56,073 bases of DNA from Verrucomicrobiota bacterium (GCA_029865985.1 JARXAF010000140.1:1-56073); one strand, 5' to 3'; counted from the first letter of the stretch, positions 16,947-29,932 are shown. The notes: generated by a model from the sequence alone, not told the origin. Translations and numbers: made by a program.

Positions 16947-19265
16947 ATGATGTTTCTGCCCACCCCCGCTGGTATCACCGGGCTGATCGAGGCACTAGCC
17001 CCTGACCTGTTCCGTCTCCGTCTGGAGCGCGATACCTCTGCGCCTTCGCCGGCTTCGGATGCCATCGTCGAGCGTGCTTGGGAAACCCCAGAAATCGCGA
17101 CCCAACGCATCGGCCACCGTTATTGTCTGGCCACCGAATGCGGCGTCTTTTCCTGGGATCGTCGAGGGTCTTGGCAATTGAATGACTCCGAGGGCTTTGA
17201 GGTGTTTTCAGCCGGCCCTGGATTGACGTCGTTCACCGCTGACGGAACCCCGGAACTCACACTCGACCTCATCGAGCACGAATCGCTTTTCGGATTGGGC
17301 GAGGTCACGGGCCCCCTCGATCGACGTGGCACAGTGCGGGAGTTCTGGAACATCGATGTCCTGGGCCACGCCCCGGCCATTCACCCCGCCCTGCCCTCGT
17401 TGTATGTGTCCATTCCGTTCGCATTATCCCTGAGGCACGGTCGTGCGGCCGGACTTTTCTGGGACAACTCGAGCCGCCAGCGCTGGGATCTCGGATCAAC
17501 AGTCCCCAACCGCTGGAGTTTGAAGGCCGATTCAGGCCCCATCGACCTTTACCTCTTCCTAGGTCCCACCGTGGAATCGGTGCTGGCCCGCTACGCCCAA
17601 TTGACGGGCACCATGCCCCTGCCGCCGGAATGGGCTTTGGGCTACCACCAATCGCGGTACAGCTACGAAACACAGGCCCGTGTCGAGGCTGTGGCTCGGG
17701 AGTTCCGGAGGCGGGACATGCCTTGCGACGCACTCTACCTCGACATCCACCACATGGATGGGTACCGCGTCTTCACCGTGGGTTCGGGATTCCCCAAGCC
17801 ACGGTCCATGACCCGAAAACTCCATCAGCAGGGCATCCGCACCGTGGCCATCGTGGATCCCGCCGTCAAAGACGACCCAGATTTCCCCGTGCTCCAACGC
17901 GGCATTCAAAACGATGCCTTCGTGCGGGCAGCCGATGGGAAAACCGACGTACTCGGTGAAGTTTGGCCCGGCGCGGCCCGGTTCCCCGATTTTCTGCGTC
18001 ACGAGGTACGGAATTGGTGGGGCGATGAACAAAGGGCCCTCCTCGACCTGGGAATCAGTGGCATCTGGAACGACATGAACGAGCCGGCCAACTTCGCCCG
18101 GCCCGACAAAACGCTTCCTCCGGATGCGATGCACCAGACCAATAGCGGACCACAACCCCATGCCGCCGTGCACAATTTGTACGGGCAAGCCATGGCGCAG
18201 GCTTCCCGAGACGGACTGCTGCGACACCGACCCGACCAGCGGCCTTTCGTGGTGACCCGCGCGGGCTATGCCGGCATCCAGCGGCATGCCATCGTTTGGA
18301 CGGGAGACACCTCGTCACATTGGGACCACCTGCGTGACGCGTTGCCCATGCTGCTCAACCTCTCGCTCAGCGGTGTCCCCTTCTGCGGCGGCGATGTCGG
18401 TGGTTTCCTGGGCAATGCTTCACCCGAATTGTTCGTCCGCTGGCTGCAATTCGCGGCCTTCACACCCTTCTTCCGCAACCACAGCAACCTCGGGACACGA
18501 GATCAAGAACCGTGGGCCTTCGGACCCGAGGTGGAAGCCATTGCCCGGGAAACTCTCCGGCTGAGATATCAACTCATTCCCCTGCTCTACAGCCTGAGCC
18601 AGCGGGCGGCCACCACAGGCGAGCCATTGATGCGCCCCCTGTTTTACCACTACACCAACGACCCCGTCGCGGTGGCCTGCAATTCCCAGTTCTTGCTGGG
18701 AAGGGATGTCTTGATCGCCCCGGTGCTGGAACCCGGTTGCCCGGCCCGAAGTGTCTATTTGCCGAAGGATGTCTGGTACGATTTCTGGACCGGAGAACGC
18801 CATGTTGGCGGTGGACCCATTCTTGCACCGACCCCGCTAGACCGTATTCCGGTCTACGTTCGCGCCGGTGGGATTCTACCGCTGACCGAGGCCCGCAATT
18901 CCACGCAGGAAACTCCGAGCACGAGCATTACCCTGCATTTGTGGCCCGGTCCGGAAGGCGAGTTCCACTGGTACGAAGACGACGGCATCACGCGGCAGCA
19001 TGAGTTGGGCTTTTTCCACAAACGGCGGATAACCCTGCGCCGTCAGGGTCGCACAACCCGTCTCCAATTCAGCGAGTCCGAAGGATCATTCGAAAGCCGC
19101 ATCCTCAACTGGAAACTCGTCTTTTGGGACACCCCACCCCACGCCCGGGTTCGGATCGACGGAACCCCCTTCAAAGCGACCGGCACCCCAGAAGCCGATT
19201 TCCTGATCATCGACCTCGAGAACCGTCCGTCGGCGATGAACATCACTGTCGTCGGCGGGGCCTGA
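16947..19265 (+). CDS. Glycoside hydrolase family 31 (alpha-glucosidase-like)
   Basis: PP.WALGYHQSR, LDIHHMDG, VWPG, WNDMNEP nucleophile, WTGD acid/base, PFFRNH. Confidence 0.93.
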   Translation: MMFLPTPAGITGLIEALAPDLFRLRLERDTSAPSPASDAIVERAWETPEIATQRIGHRYCLATECGVFSWDRRGSWQLNDSEGFEVFSAGPGLTSFTADGTPELTLDLIEHESLFGLGEVTGPLDRRGTVREFWNIDVLGHAPAIHPALPSLYVSIPFALSLRHGRAAGLFWDNSSRQRWDLGSTVPNRWSLKADSGPIDLYLFLGPTVESVLARYAQLTGTMPLPPEWALGYHQSRYSYETQARVEAVAREFRRRDMPCDALYLDIHHMDGYRVFTVGSGFPKPRSMTRKLHQQGIRTVAIVDPAVKDDPDFPVLQRGIQNDAFVRAADGKTDVLGEVWPGAARFPDFLRHEVRNWWGDEQRALLDLGISGIWNDMNEPANFARPDKTLPPDAMHQTNSGPQPHAAVHNLYGQAMAQASRDGLLRHRPDQRPFVVTRAGYAGIQRHAIVWTGDTSSHWDHLRDALPMLLNLSLSGVPFCGGDVGGFLGNASPELFVRWLQFAAFTPFFRNHSNLGTRDQEPWAFGPEVEAIARETLRLRYQLIPLLYSLSQRAATTGEPLMRPLFYHYTNDPVAVACNSQFLLGRDVLIAPVLEPGCPARSVYLPKDVWYDFWTGERHVGGGPILAPTPLDRIPVYVRAGGILPLTEARNSTQETPSTSITLHLWPGPEGEFHWYEDDGITRQHELGFFHKRRITLRRQGRTTRLQFSESEGSFESRILNWKLVFWDTPPHARVRIDGTPFKATGTPEADFLIIDLENRPSAMNITVVGGA

Positions 19266-19370
19266 AAAGGCCCGTGGCGTGGCATCTCCCAACCAACACT
19301 CCCGCCGCCTTTCAAGGGTCCAGTCCCTCTGGTCTTGCCGGGAACCCCTTGGCTGAGGACCCTCGAGTCC

Positions 19371-20660
19371 ATGATTTCCCTGCGGGCATGGACTGGATGG
19401 CTGGGTTGTTTCTGCCTGGGCGCGTGGGCAGCCCAGACCCCCATGGCGGTTCCCATCAATGAGGTGGAGAGTGCTGTCCCGCCCTATACATTGCCCGAAG
19501 CATTGACCCGGCAAAACGGCCAACTCATCACCTCACCTCAGCAATGGCCACGGCGGCGGGCGGAACTGGTGTCCTTGTTTGAAGAGCATGTGTACGGACG
19601 CATTCCAGCCGGCCTACCTCGTCCACCCGGATGGATCGTGGAAACACGTAAGGACGCACTTGGAGGTAAGGCCATCCGCCAGCGCATCCAAATCCCGCTA
19701 TCGAAGGGCCCGCACCCGATCCTTCTGGATTTGCTGGTGTACCGCCCGGCTGCGGCCACGAAACCGGTGCCGATATTCCTCGGACTCAACTTCGACGGAA
19801 ACCATACGATCACCGCGGAAACCGACATCCCTCTGGCCCGCGGTTGGGTGGCCAACCGGCCTCGCAGCGGCGTCACCAACCATGTGGCCAACGAGGGCAG
19901 CCGTGGAAGCGATGCGGCTGCATGGCCCATCGAAAGAATCCTGGAACGCGGCTATGGGCTGGCCACCGCCTATTACGGAGACGCCGAGGCTGATTTCGAC
20001 GGAGGCTGGAAACACGGGCTCCGAGGGGCGGCCGCGGCCGGGGGATCCGAACACCGGTTCCAGCCTGGAGATTGGGGAGCCATTGCCACCTGGTCTTGGG
20101 CGCTTTCGCGGGCCTTGGATCAACTCCAGCTCGATCCCACCGTCGATGGTCGAAAAGTCGCCGTGCTCGGGCATTCCCGCCTCGGCAAGACGGCTCTCTG
20201 GGCCGGTGCGCGCGATCCCCGGTTTGCGATGGTGATCGCCAACGAATCCGGTGAAGGCGGGGCAGCTCTGGCGCGCCGTTTCTTTGGCGAAACCACCTTG
20301 CGCATCAACACCAGCTTTCCCCACTGGTTCAATGGGCGTTTCAAGGACTACAGCCACCGGGTCACCGACCTTCCGGTGGACCAGCACGAATTGGTGGCGC
20401 TGGTCGCTCCAAGACCCGTGTACATCGCCAGCGCCGAAGAAGACCGGTGGGCCGATCCCAAGGGGGAATACCTCTCGGGATGGCATGCCAGCGAAGTGTA
20501 TCGGCTTCTCGGGAAAGACGGACTCCCCGGACCTGACTATCCGGCGCTCAACGTGTCAGTGGGCGAGTCCGTCGGTTACCATGTCCGCCCCGGCGCTCAT
20601 GCATTGACGGCCGTTGATTGGGAATTCTATTTGCAGTTCGCAGACCGACTCCTGCGCTGA
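19371..20660 (+). CDS. Carbohydrate esterase family 15 (glucuronoyl esterase-like), secreted
   Basis: GHSRLGK nucleophile elbow, ESGEGG, LPVDQH.L.AL.APRP, D.WADP.GE, R.G.H; signal-like N-terminus. Confidence 0.88.
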   Translation: MISLRAWTGWLGCFCLGAWAAQTPMAVPINEVESAVPPYTLPEALTRQNGQLITSPQQWPRRRAELVSLFEEHVYGRIPAGLPRPPGWIVETRKDALGGKAIRQRIQIPLSKGPHPILLDLLVYRPAAATKPVPIFLGLNFDGNHTITAETDIPLARGWVANRPRSGVTNHVANEGSRGSDAAAWPIERILERGYGLATAYYGDAEADFDGGWKHGLRGAAAAGGSEHRFQPGDWGAIATWSWALSRALDQLQLDPTVDGRKVAVLGHSRLGKTALWAGARDPRFAMVIANESGEGGAALARRFFGETTLRINTSFPHWFNGRFKDYSHRVTDLPVDQHELVALVAPRPVYIASAEEDRWADPKGEYLSGWHASEVYRLLGKDGLPGPDYPALNVSVGESVGYHVRPGAHALTAVDWEFYLQFADRLLR

Positions 20661-20703
20661 CCACGAGGTCTTCCTGTCCAACCCCAACCCCACCCCATCC
20701 CCC

Positions 20704-21507
20704 ATGTTACCCCACGTTCTCCGCGTCCTGACATTGCTCTGCTGCCTGAGTGGGTTCGCCCTTGCTCAAGATTGGGCCAAACCCCGTTTGGAGAAATCAC
20801 CGCGCCATTTGGAATGGGTCACGGTTCGTCACGGGAACCGAGATGTCCGTTGCTGGGTGGCTTATCCGGAAGTCAAAGACAAGGCCACAGCGGTGGTCGT
20901 GATCCACGAGATCTTTGGACTCACCGACTGGGTCCGAGGCGTGGCGGATCAACTGGCCGAGGCCGGGTACATTGCCATCGCGCCGGATTTGCTTTCAGGA
21001 ACAGGCCCCAATGGCGGGGGCACTGAATCACTGGGAGGCCCCGACGGCGCCCGCTCCAAGATCGGATCCCTCCCACCCGATCAAGTCACCGCCGATTTGA
21101 AGGCGGCCAGCGACTACGTTCAGAAACTCCCGGCCTGCAATGGCAAGGTGGCGGTTGGCGGCTTCTGCTGGGGAGGAACCCAAACCTTCCGCTTCGTCAG
21201 CAACCATCCCGGCGTGAAGGCGGGCTTTGTGTTCTATGGTTCCGGCAGTGAAAACGAGCCGGAATTGGCCAAGATCCAATCTCCCGTGTACGGTTTCTAC
21301 GGCGGCAACGATGCCCGCGTCAACGCCACCATCCCGAAGTCGGAGTCGCTCATGAAAAAGGCCGGTAAAGTCTACGAACCGGTGATTTACGAGGGAGCGG
21401 GGCACGGCTTCATGCGGGCCGGCGAAGATCCGGCCGGGAGCCCAGAAAACAAAAAAGCCCGCGAGGCCGGTTGGCAGCGCCTGAAGCAAATCTTGAAGGG
21501 TTTGTAA
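20704..21507 (+). CDS. Dienelactone hydrolase family protein
   Basis: HEIFGL, GFCWGG, G.ND, Y.GAGHGF (Cys-Asp-His triad); signal peptide. Confidence 0.9.
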   Translation: MLPHVLRVLTLLCCLSGFALAQDWAKPRLEKSPRHLEWVTVRHGNRDVRCWVAYPEVKDKATAVVVIHEIFGLTDWVRGVADQLAEAGYIAIAPDLLSGTGPNGGGTESLGGPDGARSKIGSLPPDQVTADLKAASDYVQKLPACNGKVAVGGFCWGGTQTFRFVSNHPGVKAGFVFYGSGSENEPELAKIQSPVYGFYGGNDARVNATIPKSESLMKKAGKVYEPVIYEGAGHGFMRAGEDPAGSPENKKAREAGWQRLKQILKGL

Positions 21508-21541
21508 TTCCAGAAGCACGGACCTCACCCGAAAACGAACG

Positions 21542-22000
21542 ATGCACCGTCAGTTCTCACCAAGCCCATGGCTCCGAAGCCAACTACCCGCTTTCGGGTT
21601 GTACCTGCTGGGTTTGGGAAGCGCCATTCGAGGCCTGACCCTCGACCAAATGACGTCGGTGGGTGGCACTTGGGGTTGGAAATCCATCGAAACACTGAGC
21701 TTTGTTTTGGGCGATACCCGGCCTGCCCGTTGGGGACTCTTCGGAGGAGGATTCATCCTGTCTGCGGTGCTGGGTATCTGGGTGGTCCGAGGAGGCTTCA
21801 CGGCTCGACTCTTGGCCACCGTACTGCTCGGCGTAGATTTGATGCTGTGCGCCCTGCTGGACGATGGAGTGAATGCGAACCTCCACGGACTGGGACTACT
21901 CATGCTCTGGTTCGGCCGCCCCATCCAACGAATCGCCCCTTCTGAGCCGCCAGCGCCCGCCGAACCCTCAGCCTCCGCCCCCTCAGAACCAGCCGCTTGA
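21542..22000 (+). CDS. Hypothetical small membrane protein with a Pro/Ala-rich tail
   Basis: About four hydrophobic segments; fills the gap between the DLH gene and dnaB on the same strand. Confidence 0.55.
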   Translation: MHRQFSPSPWLRSQLPAFGLYLLGLGSAIRGLTLDQMTSVGGTWGWKSIETLSFVLGDTRPARWGLFGGGFILSAVLGIWVVRGGFTARLLATVLLGVDLMLCALLDDGVNANLHGLGLLMLWFGRPIQRIAPSEPPAPAEPSASAPSEPAA

Positions 22001-22193
22001 AAGGGCCCCGGGCCAGTTCCGCGATGCCCTGACGTCGCCCCTGTTTTGGAGCCAACGCCCCCCTGACAAGGCGGGTGAATGACCGGGGCCATAAATCGGC
22101 CAGAATCAAGCACTTCCGACAGCAAGTTATTCGCGGCCCATTGGGCACAATCTTTCCTTCCGCCCGAAGCCTCCCGGATTCTCAATCCACCCC

Positions 22194-23657
22194 ATGCAAG
22201 ACCTTCCAGACGAGCGTGGCGGATCCAGCTCGGATGAACCCCGGCCTGACTTCAAAAGGTCCCGGCGGGTTCGCCCGAAGTTGGACTTGTCCTCGCTGGA
22301 TCGCTTGCCCCCGCACTCCACCGAAGCTGAACAAGGGGTTCTCGGATGCGTGCTCCTTTCCCCCAACGAGGCCATGGGCGGGTGCATCGAAACTCTCAAA
22401 GCCGGTGCCGAAACCTTCTACGACCAGCGTCACCAGTTGATCTATCAGACGCTGGCCGACATGTACGACAAGAAGGAACCCATCGACCTCATCACGGTTC
22501 AGCAGAAGCTCAAGGACAACAACCAACTCGAAGGTGTTGGAGGCTTGGCTTATCTGAGCAGCCTGCAAGATGCCGTACCCAGTGCGGCCAACCTCTCCTA
22601 CTACCTCGAGATCGTCCGCGAAAAACTGGTCCTTCGACGCATGCTCACGGCGTGCACGTCGGTCGTGGCCAGAGTCTATGAGCATCAGGGAGAGGTGGAC
22701 GCCCTGCTCGACGAGGTGGAACGGGACATCTTGCGCATCAGCGAGGACCGGGAAACCACGACCATCAAGCCGATGAAGGACCTCGTGCGCGGGGCTATCG
22801 ACATGATCCAAGAGTTCCACCAGCGGGCCGGAGGCCTCACGGGCTTGCCCACCGGTTTCTCGGACTATGACAAGATGACCAGCGGCATGAATGGCGGGGA
22901 AATGATCGTCATCGCGGCCCGTCCTTCGATGGGCAAGACCTCGCTGGTGATGAACATCGCCGAGCACGTGGTCATCAACGAGCGGCAGCCCGTCGGTGTG
23001 TTCAGCCTGGAAATGACCTCCGAATCGCTGGTCATGCGTATGTTGTGCTCGCTGGCTCGGGTCAACGCCCGATCCATTCGCGAAGGGTTCATGGCCGAAC
23101 AGGATTTCAAAAAGCTCACCGGCGCCGCCGCCAAGATGGCCAAGAGTCCCCTGCACATCGACGACACGCCGGGTCTCTCGATCCTGCAGCTCCGCGCCCG
23201 GGCTCGCCGCATGTGGCAACAGCACAAGATCAAGCTCATCATCATCGACTACCTCCAGTTGATGCATTCGGACTCCAAGAAAGCTCAGGACAACCGCCAG
23301 CAGGAAATCTCCGACATCTCCAACGGTGTGAAGGCTCTGGCCAAGGAATTGAATGTCCCGGTGATCGTTCTGTCCCAGCTCAACCGCGAACTGGAAAAGG
23401 ACAAAAACCGCAAACCCCGACTCTCTGATCTTCGCGAATCCGGAGCTATTGAGCAGGATGCGGACGTCGTCGGCTTGCTCTACAAGCCAGCGGAGGAAGA
23501 AGAAGACATCTCCGATACACGCCAACCGGTGGAATCCCATCCCGTCAACCTCCTCATCGCCAAACAGCGTAATGGCCCTACCGGCGATGTCCGATTGACC
23601 TTCTTTAAGAGCTTCACACGGTTCGAGAGTGCGGCGAAGATCGACGCCGAAGACTAA
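22194..23657 (+). CDS. dnaB: Replicative DNA helicase
   Basis: PPHS.EAEQ.VLG, AARPSMGKT Walker A, FSLEM, IDYLQL, SQLNR, LSDLRESGAIEQDAD, AKQRNGP. Confidence 0.98.
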   Translation: MQDLPDERGGSSSDEPRPDFKRSRRVRPKLDLSSLDRLPPHSTEAEQGVLGCVLLSPNEAMGGCIETLKAGAETFYDQRHQLIYQTLADMYDKKEPIDLITVQQKLKDNNQLEGVGGLAYLSSLQDAVPSAANLSYYLEIVREKLVLRRMLTACTSVVARVYEHQGEVDALLDEVERDILRISEDRETTTIKPMKDLVRGAIDMIQEFHQRAGGLTGLPTGFSDYDKMTSGMNGGEMIVIAARPSMGKTSLVMNIAEHVVINERQPVGVFSLEMTSESLVMRMLCSLARVNARSIREGFMAEQDFKKLTGAAAKMAKSPLHIDDTPGLSILQLRARARRMWQQHKIKLIIIDYLQLMHSDSKKAQDNRQQEISDISNGVKALAKELNVPVIVLSQLNRELEKDKNRKPRLSDLRESGAIEQDADVVGLLYKPAEEEEDISDTRQPVESHPVNLLIAKQRNGPTGDVRLTFFKSFTRFESAAKIDAED

Positions 23658-23663
23658 CTGCTG

Positions 23664-26147
23664 ATGAAACTCATCAAGAACCGCAGCCTGCGGCTGTGCG
23701 CCATCCTCGTGGCCTGCCTCCAATTGGCGGCCGCCGAGGATGCACCCGTCGTCCGTAAGATCGTCATCAAGCACGTCGGACCCGCCGCCGTCAGCGAAGA
23801 GCTCATCCGGGCCAACATCCGGGTCAAGGAGGGCGAGGCCTATAGTCGGTTCGCAGTCGATGACGACATCAAGAACCTCTACGGGACCTCCTATTTCTAC
23901 AACATCCGGGTCACCGAAGACATCACGTCCACCGAACTGGCCGCCAACGGGACCCGGGTCCCCAAGGAATACACGCTCACCTACGTCGTCCAGGGTCGGC
24001 CGCTGATCACCGAGATCCGCTTCTCAGGCAACAAGAAGTACTCGGCCTCCAAGCTGCGCAAGAAACTCACATCGAAGAGTGGCGAGCCCATGGATGAGCG
24101 GAAGCTCTTCAACGATGCCCAAGCCGTCCTCAAGATGTATCAGAAGGCGGGCCTGCAACGGACCACCGTCGATTACAAGCCGAGCATCACCGAATCCCTC
24201 GGTCGAGGTATTGTCACTTTCGAGATCCAAGAAGCGCCCAAGGTCAAAATCAAGGACGTCATCTTTGAGGAGGCCCCGTCCTTCAAGCAGCGCAAACTCC
24301 GCAAGGTCATCAAGACCCGCCGTTGGTGGATGTTCTCCTGGATCACCGGTTCCGGCCGCTTCAAGGACGACGTCTTCGAGGAAGACAAGGACAAGCTCCG
24401 GGAATTCTACTCCGACAAGGGCTTCATCGACATGGAGCTCAAGGAGCCTCGGTTCGAATACCCCAAGACCAATAACCTGATCTTGCATCTTCCGGTCTCC
24501 GAAGGCCCGCAGTACAAGGTCGGAGGTGTCACGTTCGAGGGCAACGAGCTGTTCAGCCAGCAGCAAATCACCCAGAACCTCACCTCCAAGGACGGCGAGA
24601 AGACCAAGCGGGGTCTGCAGTTGAAGGAGGGTGAGATCTTCTCACCGAAAAAGCTCTATAAGGACACCGAGGCCATTGAGAGCTTCTATGGTGCCCGGGG
24701 TTACATCGAGTCCCGTGCCAAGGCGGAGCAAATCGCCAATGTCGAAAAAGGAACCCTCGACCTGAAGTACAGCATCCAAGAGGGCGACAAGTTCTACGTC
24801 GAGAAAGTCGAGATCCAAGGCAACGAAAAGACCAAGGACAAGGTCATTCGCCGCGAGTTGGCCATCACGCCGGGCGAGACCTTCGACATGGTCCGGGCCA
24901 AGGTTTCGAAGAGCCGCCTCGAGCAGATGCAGTTTTTCAACAAGGTGGAAGCGAAACCCGAGCCCACCGACGTCCCGAACCGGAAAAATCTGGTCATTTC
25001 TGTCGAAGAGAAGAACACCGGAAACGTCGCACTCGGCGCCGGATTCAGCTCGGTGGATTCCGTGATTGGATTCGTTGAAGTCAGCCAAGGAAACTTCGAC
25101 ATCAGCAACCCGCCCTACTTCACCGGTGGTGGCCAAAAGGCCCGCTTGCGCGCCCAGATGGGCTCCCGACGTCAAGACTACGTGGCCACGTTCGTCGAAC
25201 CGTGGTTTTTGGGTAAACGCCTCTCCCTGAGCGTCGACCTGTACCACCGCGACCTGAACTTCCTGTCCGACAACTACAACCAGCGCCAAACGGGTTCCCG
25301 CATCGGCCTGACCCGTCAGTTGCCCAAGAACTTCATCGGCAACGTCAGCTACACCCTCGAGAACATCCAGATCCGTTTCTCGGACAGCTACCGGCTCCAA
25401 CAACAGAAATTCGGCAGTGCCATCTTGGCTGAAGAAGGCAGCCGCTTGGTCTCCCGCTTCGGCACATCACTGGCCCACGACACCCGGAACAACTTCCAGA
25501 TGCCCACCCGCGGTCACCGCGCCGAGGTACTGGGTGAACTGGTCGGCGGCCCCTTCGGCGGAGACAGCGACTTCTACAAACTCGAAGCCCGCGTTTCCCA
25601 ATACTGGAGTCCCGAGCGCCTCCTCGACGATGCCGGTGTCGCCAAGGACATCTTCGAAGGCCACATCGTGGAGTTCACCGGCCGCATCGGCGTTGTCGAT
25701 TACTACGGCGATTCCACTCGGGTACCGCTCTTCGACCGATGGTTCCTGGGCGGTCTCTACAACCTGCGCGGCTACAAATTCCGGTCCGTCGGCCCTCGCG
25801 AGTACTACTCAAGCGAACCGGTCGGCGGCAGCACCTACTGGTTCAGTTCCACGGAGTACAGCATCCCGATTATTGAACGACTGCGATTCGCCATGTTCTA
25901 TGACATCGGTATGGTCTATCCCGGTGCCTACAGCTTCGCGCCAGACTCCGCAGCGACGGATGCCATCGGCAATCCATTGATTCGCGGCAACACGGGGCTT
26001 TACAACGACAACTGGGGTGTGGGCATCCGCCTCAACCTGCCGATCGGCCCGTTACGCCTCGACTACGGTATCCCCATCACCCGCGGACCTGACACCGGCA
26101 GCGGTGGCAAGTTCCAGTTTGGCGTTGGCTGGACCCGAGACTTTTGA
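23664..26147 (+). CDS. bamA: Outer membrane protein assembly factor BamA
   Basis: POTRA repeats (F.GN, GN.KTKDKVIRRE), LRGY loop-6 motif, PIGPLRLDYG.P, terminal Phe. Confidence 0.96.
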   Translation: MKLIKNRSLRLCAILVACLQLAAAEDAPVVRKIVIKHVGPAAVSEELIRANIRVKEGEAYSRFAVDDDIKNLYGTSYFYNIRVTEDITSTELAANGTRVPKEYTLTYVVQGRPLITEIRFSGNKKYSASKLRKKLTSKSGEPMDERKLFNDAQAVLKMYQKAGLQRTTVDYKPSITESLGRGIVTFEIQEAPKVKIKDVIFEEAPSFKQRKLRKVIKTRRWWMFSWITGSGRFKDDVFEEDKDKLREFYSDKGFIDMELKEPRFEYPKTNNLILHLPVSEGPQYKVGGVTFEGNELFSQQQITQNLTSKDGEKTKRGLQLKEGEIFSPKKLYKDTEAIESFYGARGYIESRAKAEQIANVEKGTLDLKYSIQEGDKFYVEKVEIQGNEKTKDKVIRRELAITPGETFDMVRAKVSKSRLEQMQFFNKVEAKPEPTDVPNRKNLVISVEEKNTGNVALGAGFSSVDSVIGFVEVSQGNFDISNPPYFTGGGQKARLRAQMGSRRQDYVATFVEPWFLGKRLSLSVDLYHRDLNFLSDNYNQRQTGSRIGLTRQLPKNFIGNVSYTLENIQIRFSDSYRLQQQKFGSAILAEEGSRLVSRFGTSLAHDTRNNFQMPTRGHRAEVLGELVGGPFGGDSDFYKLEARVSQYWSPERLLDDAGVAKDIFEGHIVEFTGRIGVVDYYGDSTRVPLFDRWFLGGLYNLRGYKFRSVGPREYYSSEPVGGSTYWFSSTEYSIPIIERLRFAMFYDIGMVYPGAYSFAPDSAATDAIGNPLIRGNTGLYNDNWGVGIRLNLPIGPLRLDYGIPITRGPDTGSGGKFQFGVGWTRDF

Positions 26148-26180
26148 AAGTTTGCCCAAGTTGGATCTAACCTAGAACGC

Positions 26181-26843
26181 ATGAATCGAACTGCACTCAC
26201 CCTCGCCGCAGCCATCACTGCCTCCTTGCTGAGCACCACCGCACTCGCCCAAGGCAAGGTCGGAGTGATCAACCTGACCAAGGTGTTTGACGAATTCTGG
26301 AGAACAAAGCAGGCGGACATCCAGATCAAGGACCGCCTCTCGGAATTCGAGAAGATGGGCCAGTCGATGTACGACGACTACAAGAAGGCCAACGAGGAGT
26401 TCGGTAAGCAAATCGAGGCTGCCAACGACCCCGCCCTCTCCAAGGAAGAATCCGAGAAGCGCCGCAAGGATCTGGATAAGAAGCGCAAGGACATCATGGA
26501 GATGGAAAACAACATCAAGCAATTCCAGGGCAACAGCCAGCGCGCCCTGATGGAACAGCGGGGGCGTGTCCGTGAGTCCATTCTGCGCGACGTGCGCGGG
26601 GTGATCGAAGAGAAGTCCAAGGCCGGCGGCTACAACACGGTGCTCGATATTTCCGCCCAATCAGCCAATGGCACGCCGGTGGTCATTTTCACCACGTTGG
26701 CAGGCGGCGAAAGCGATTTGAGCGATTCGGTTGCCAAGGCTCTGGCCGCCACCGCCCCGCCGGATTCCGCCAAGACCGACGCCCCAAAAACAGAGGCCAA
26801 GGACCCCAAGAAGGCCGACGAAAACAAGGCTGAGAAGAAGTAA
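26181..26843 (+). CDS. skp: OmpH/Skp periplasmic chaperone
   Basis: Signal peptide, KVGVINL, long coiled coil, GYNTVLD, DLSD.V; located directly after bamA. Confidence 0.9.
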   Translation: MNRTALTLAAAITASLLSTTALAQGKVGVINLTKVFDEFWRTKQADIQIKDRLSEFEKMGQSMYDDYKKANEEFGKQIEAANDPALSKEESEKRRKDLDKKRKDIMEMENNIKQFQGNSQRALMEQRGRVRESILRDVRGVIEEKSKAGGYNTVLDISAQSANGTPVVIFTTLAGGESDLSDSVAKALAATAPPDSAKTDAPKTEAKDPKKADENKAEKK

Positions 26844-26867
26844 TCGTCGTCAAAACTCAAAAGCTTC

Positions 26868-26895
26868 AAAGGCGCGGCCATGGCCGCGCCTTTTT
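26868..26895 (+). terminator. Intrinsic terminator after skp
   Basis: Perfect palindrome AAAGGCGCGGCCA|TGGCCGCGCCTTT followed by a T run. Confidence 0.75.
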
Positions 26896-26898
26896 CAC

Positions 26899-27570
26899 AT
26901 GAACACCGCCATCATCGTGGCCGCCGGTCGTGGAACCCGGATGGGGCCTGGGATTGACAAATTGTTCCTCGAGGTGGCCGGCCTTCCGGTGGTTGCCCAT
27001 ACTTGGCGTCGGTTTGATCGGCATCCAGAAATCCATCACCTCTGTCTGGTGGTCCGACCCGGACTTGAGGCGGATTTCGAGGAATTGGCCACCCGCTTGG
27101 ACATACGGAAACCCTACACGCTGGTTCCAGGCGGGGCTGAACGGCAAGACTCCGTGTGGAACGGCCTGATCCGAGTCCCGAGCAGTACCGAGATCATCGC
27201 CATTCAAGATGGCGCGCGCCCGTGTACCAGCGACAACACCATTTCACGCTGTTTGGAATCGGCCAAGCGGACCGGCGCCGCGGTGGCCGCACAACGCGCC
27301 GTCGACACGTTCAAAGAAGCCGACAACCAGCAACGTGTGGTCCGACATCTGGACCGTTCCCGACTGTGGTCTGTTCAGACCCCTCAGTGCTTTCGTCTAC
27401 CCGTGATCCAACAAGCGCTCTCCGAAGTGCAAGCACGTGGGCTCAACGTAACCGACGACACCGCGGCCTGCGAACTCATCGGTGCACCGGTCGAACTGGT
27501 CGAATGCCCCGACCCCAATCCCAAGGTCACCGTTTCATCGGATCTGCCTATCGTCGCACTTTGGTTATGA
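26899..27570 (+). CDS. ispD: 2-C-methyl-D-erythritol 4-phosphate cytidylyltransferase
   Basis: [39 protein letters not shown]...DL; ATG at 26899. Confidence 0.95.
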   Translation: MNTAIIVAAGRGTRMGPGIDKLFLEVAGLPVVAHTWRRFDRHPEIHHLCLVVRPGLEADFEELATRLDIRKPYTLVPGGAERQDSVWNGLIRVPSSTEIIAIQDGARPCTSDNTISRCLESAKRTGAAVAAQRAVDTFKEADNQQRVVRHLDRSRLWSVQTPQCFRLPVIQQALSEVQARGLNVTDDTAACELIGAPVELVECPDPNPKVTVSSDLPIVALWL

Positions 27571-27578
27571 CCCATCGC

Positions 27579-27607
27579 TTGACTTAGCGGTACCCCTTCA
27601 TCACCTT
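27579..27607 (+). promoter_or_regulatory. Putative sigma70 promoter for rpoD
   Basis: TTGACT-N17-CACCTT, about 40 nt upstream of ATG 27650. Confidence 0.35.
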
Positions 27608-27649
27608 GACCTGCTTAATCGGCTTCGCGCATCGCGCAGCCTCGCTACT

Positions 27650-29842
<2,193 letters not shown>

Positions 29843-29853
29843 AAGCGAAACAC

Positions 29854-29885
29854 AAAGCCCCGCCCACCCGGCGGGGCTTTTGTTT
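29854..29885 (+). terminator. Intrinsic terminator after rpoD
   Basis: AAAGCCCCGCC-CACCC-GGCGGGGCTTT followed by TGTTT. Confidence 0.85.
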
Positions 29886-29932
29886 GATCAACTCACCCTG
29901 ATCCCGAGATGCCCATCCATAGAAACCCCGCG

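Noticed and set aside
22001-22193. Possible DnaA boxes or origin upstream of dnaB
   Set aside because: The best matches have two or more mismatches to TTWTNCACA, and there is no AT-rich unwinding element
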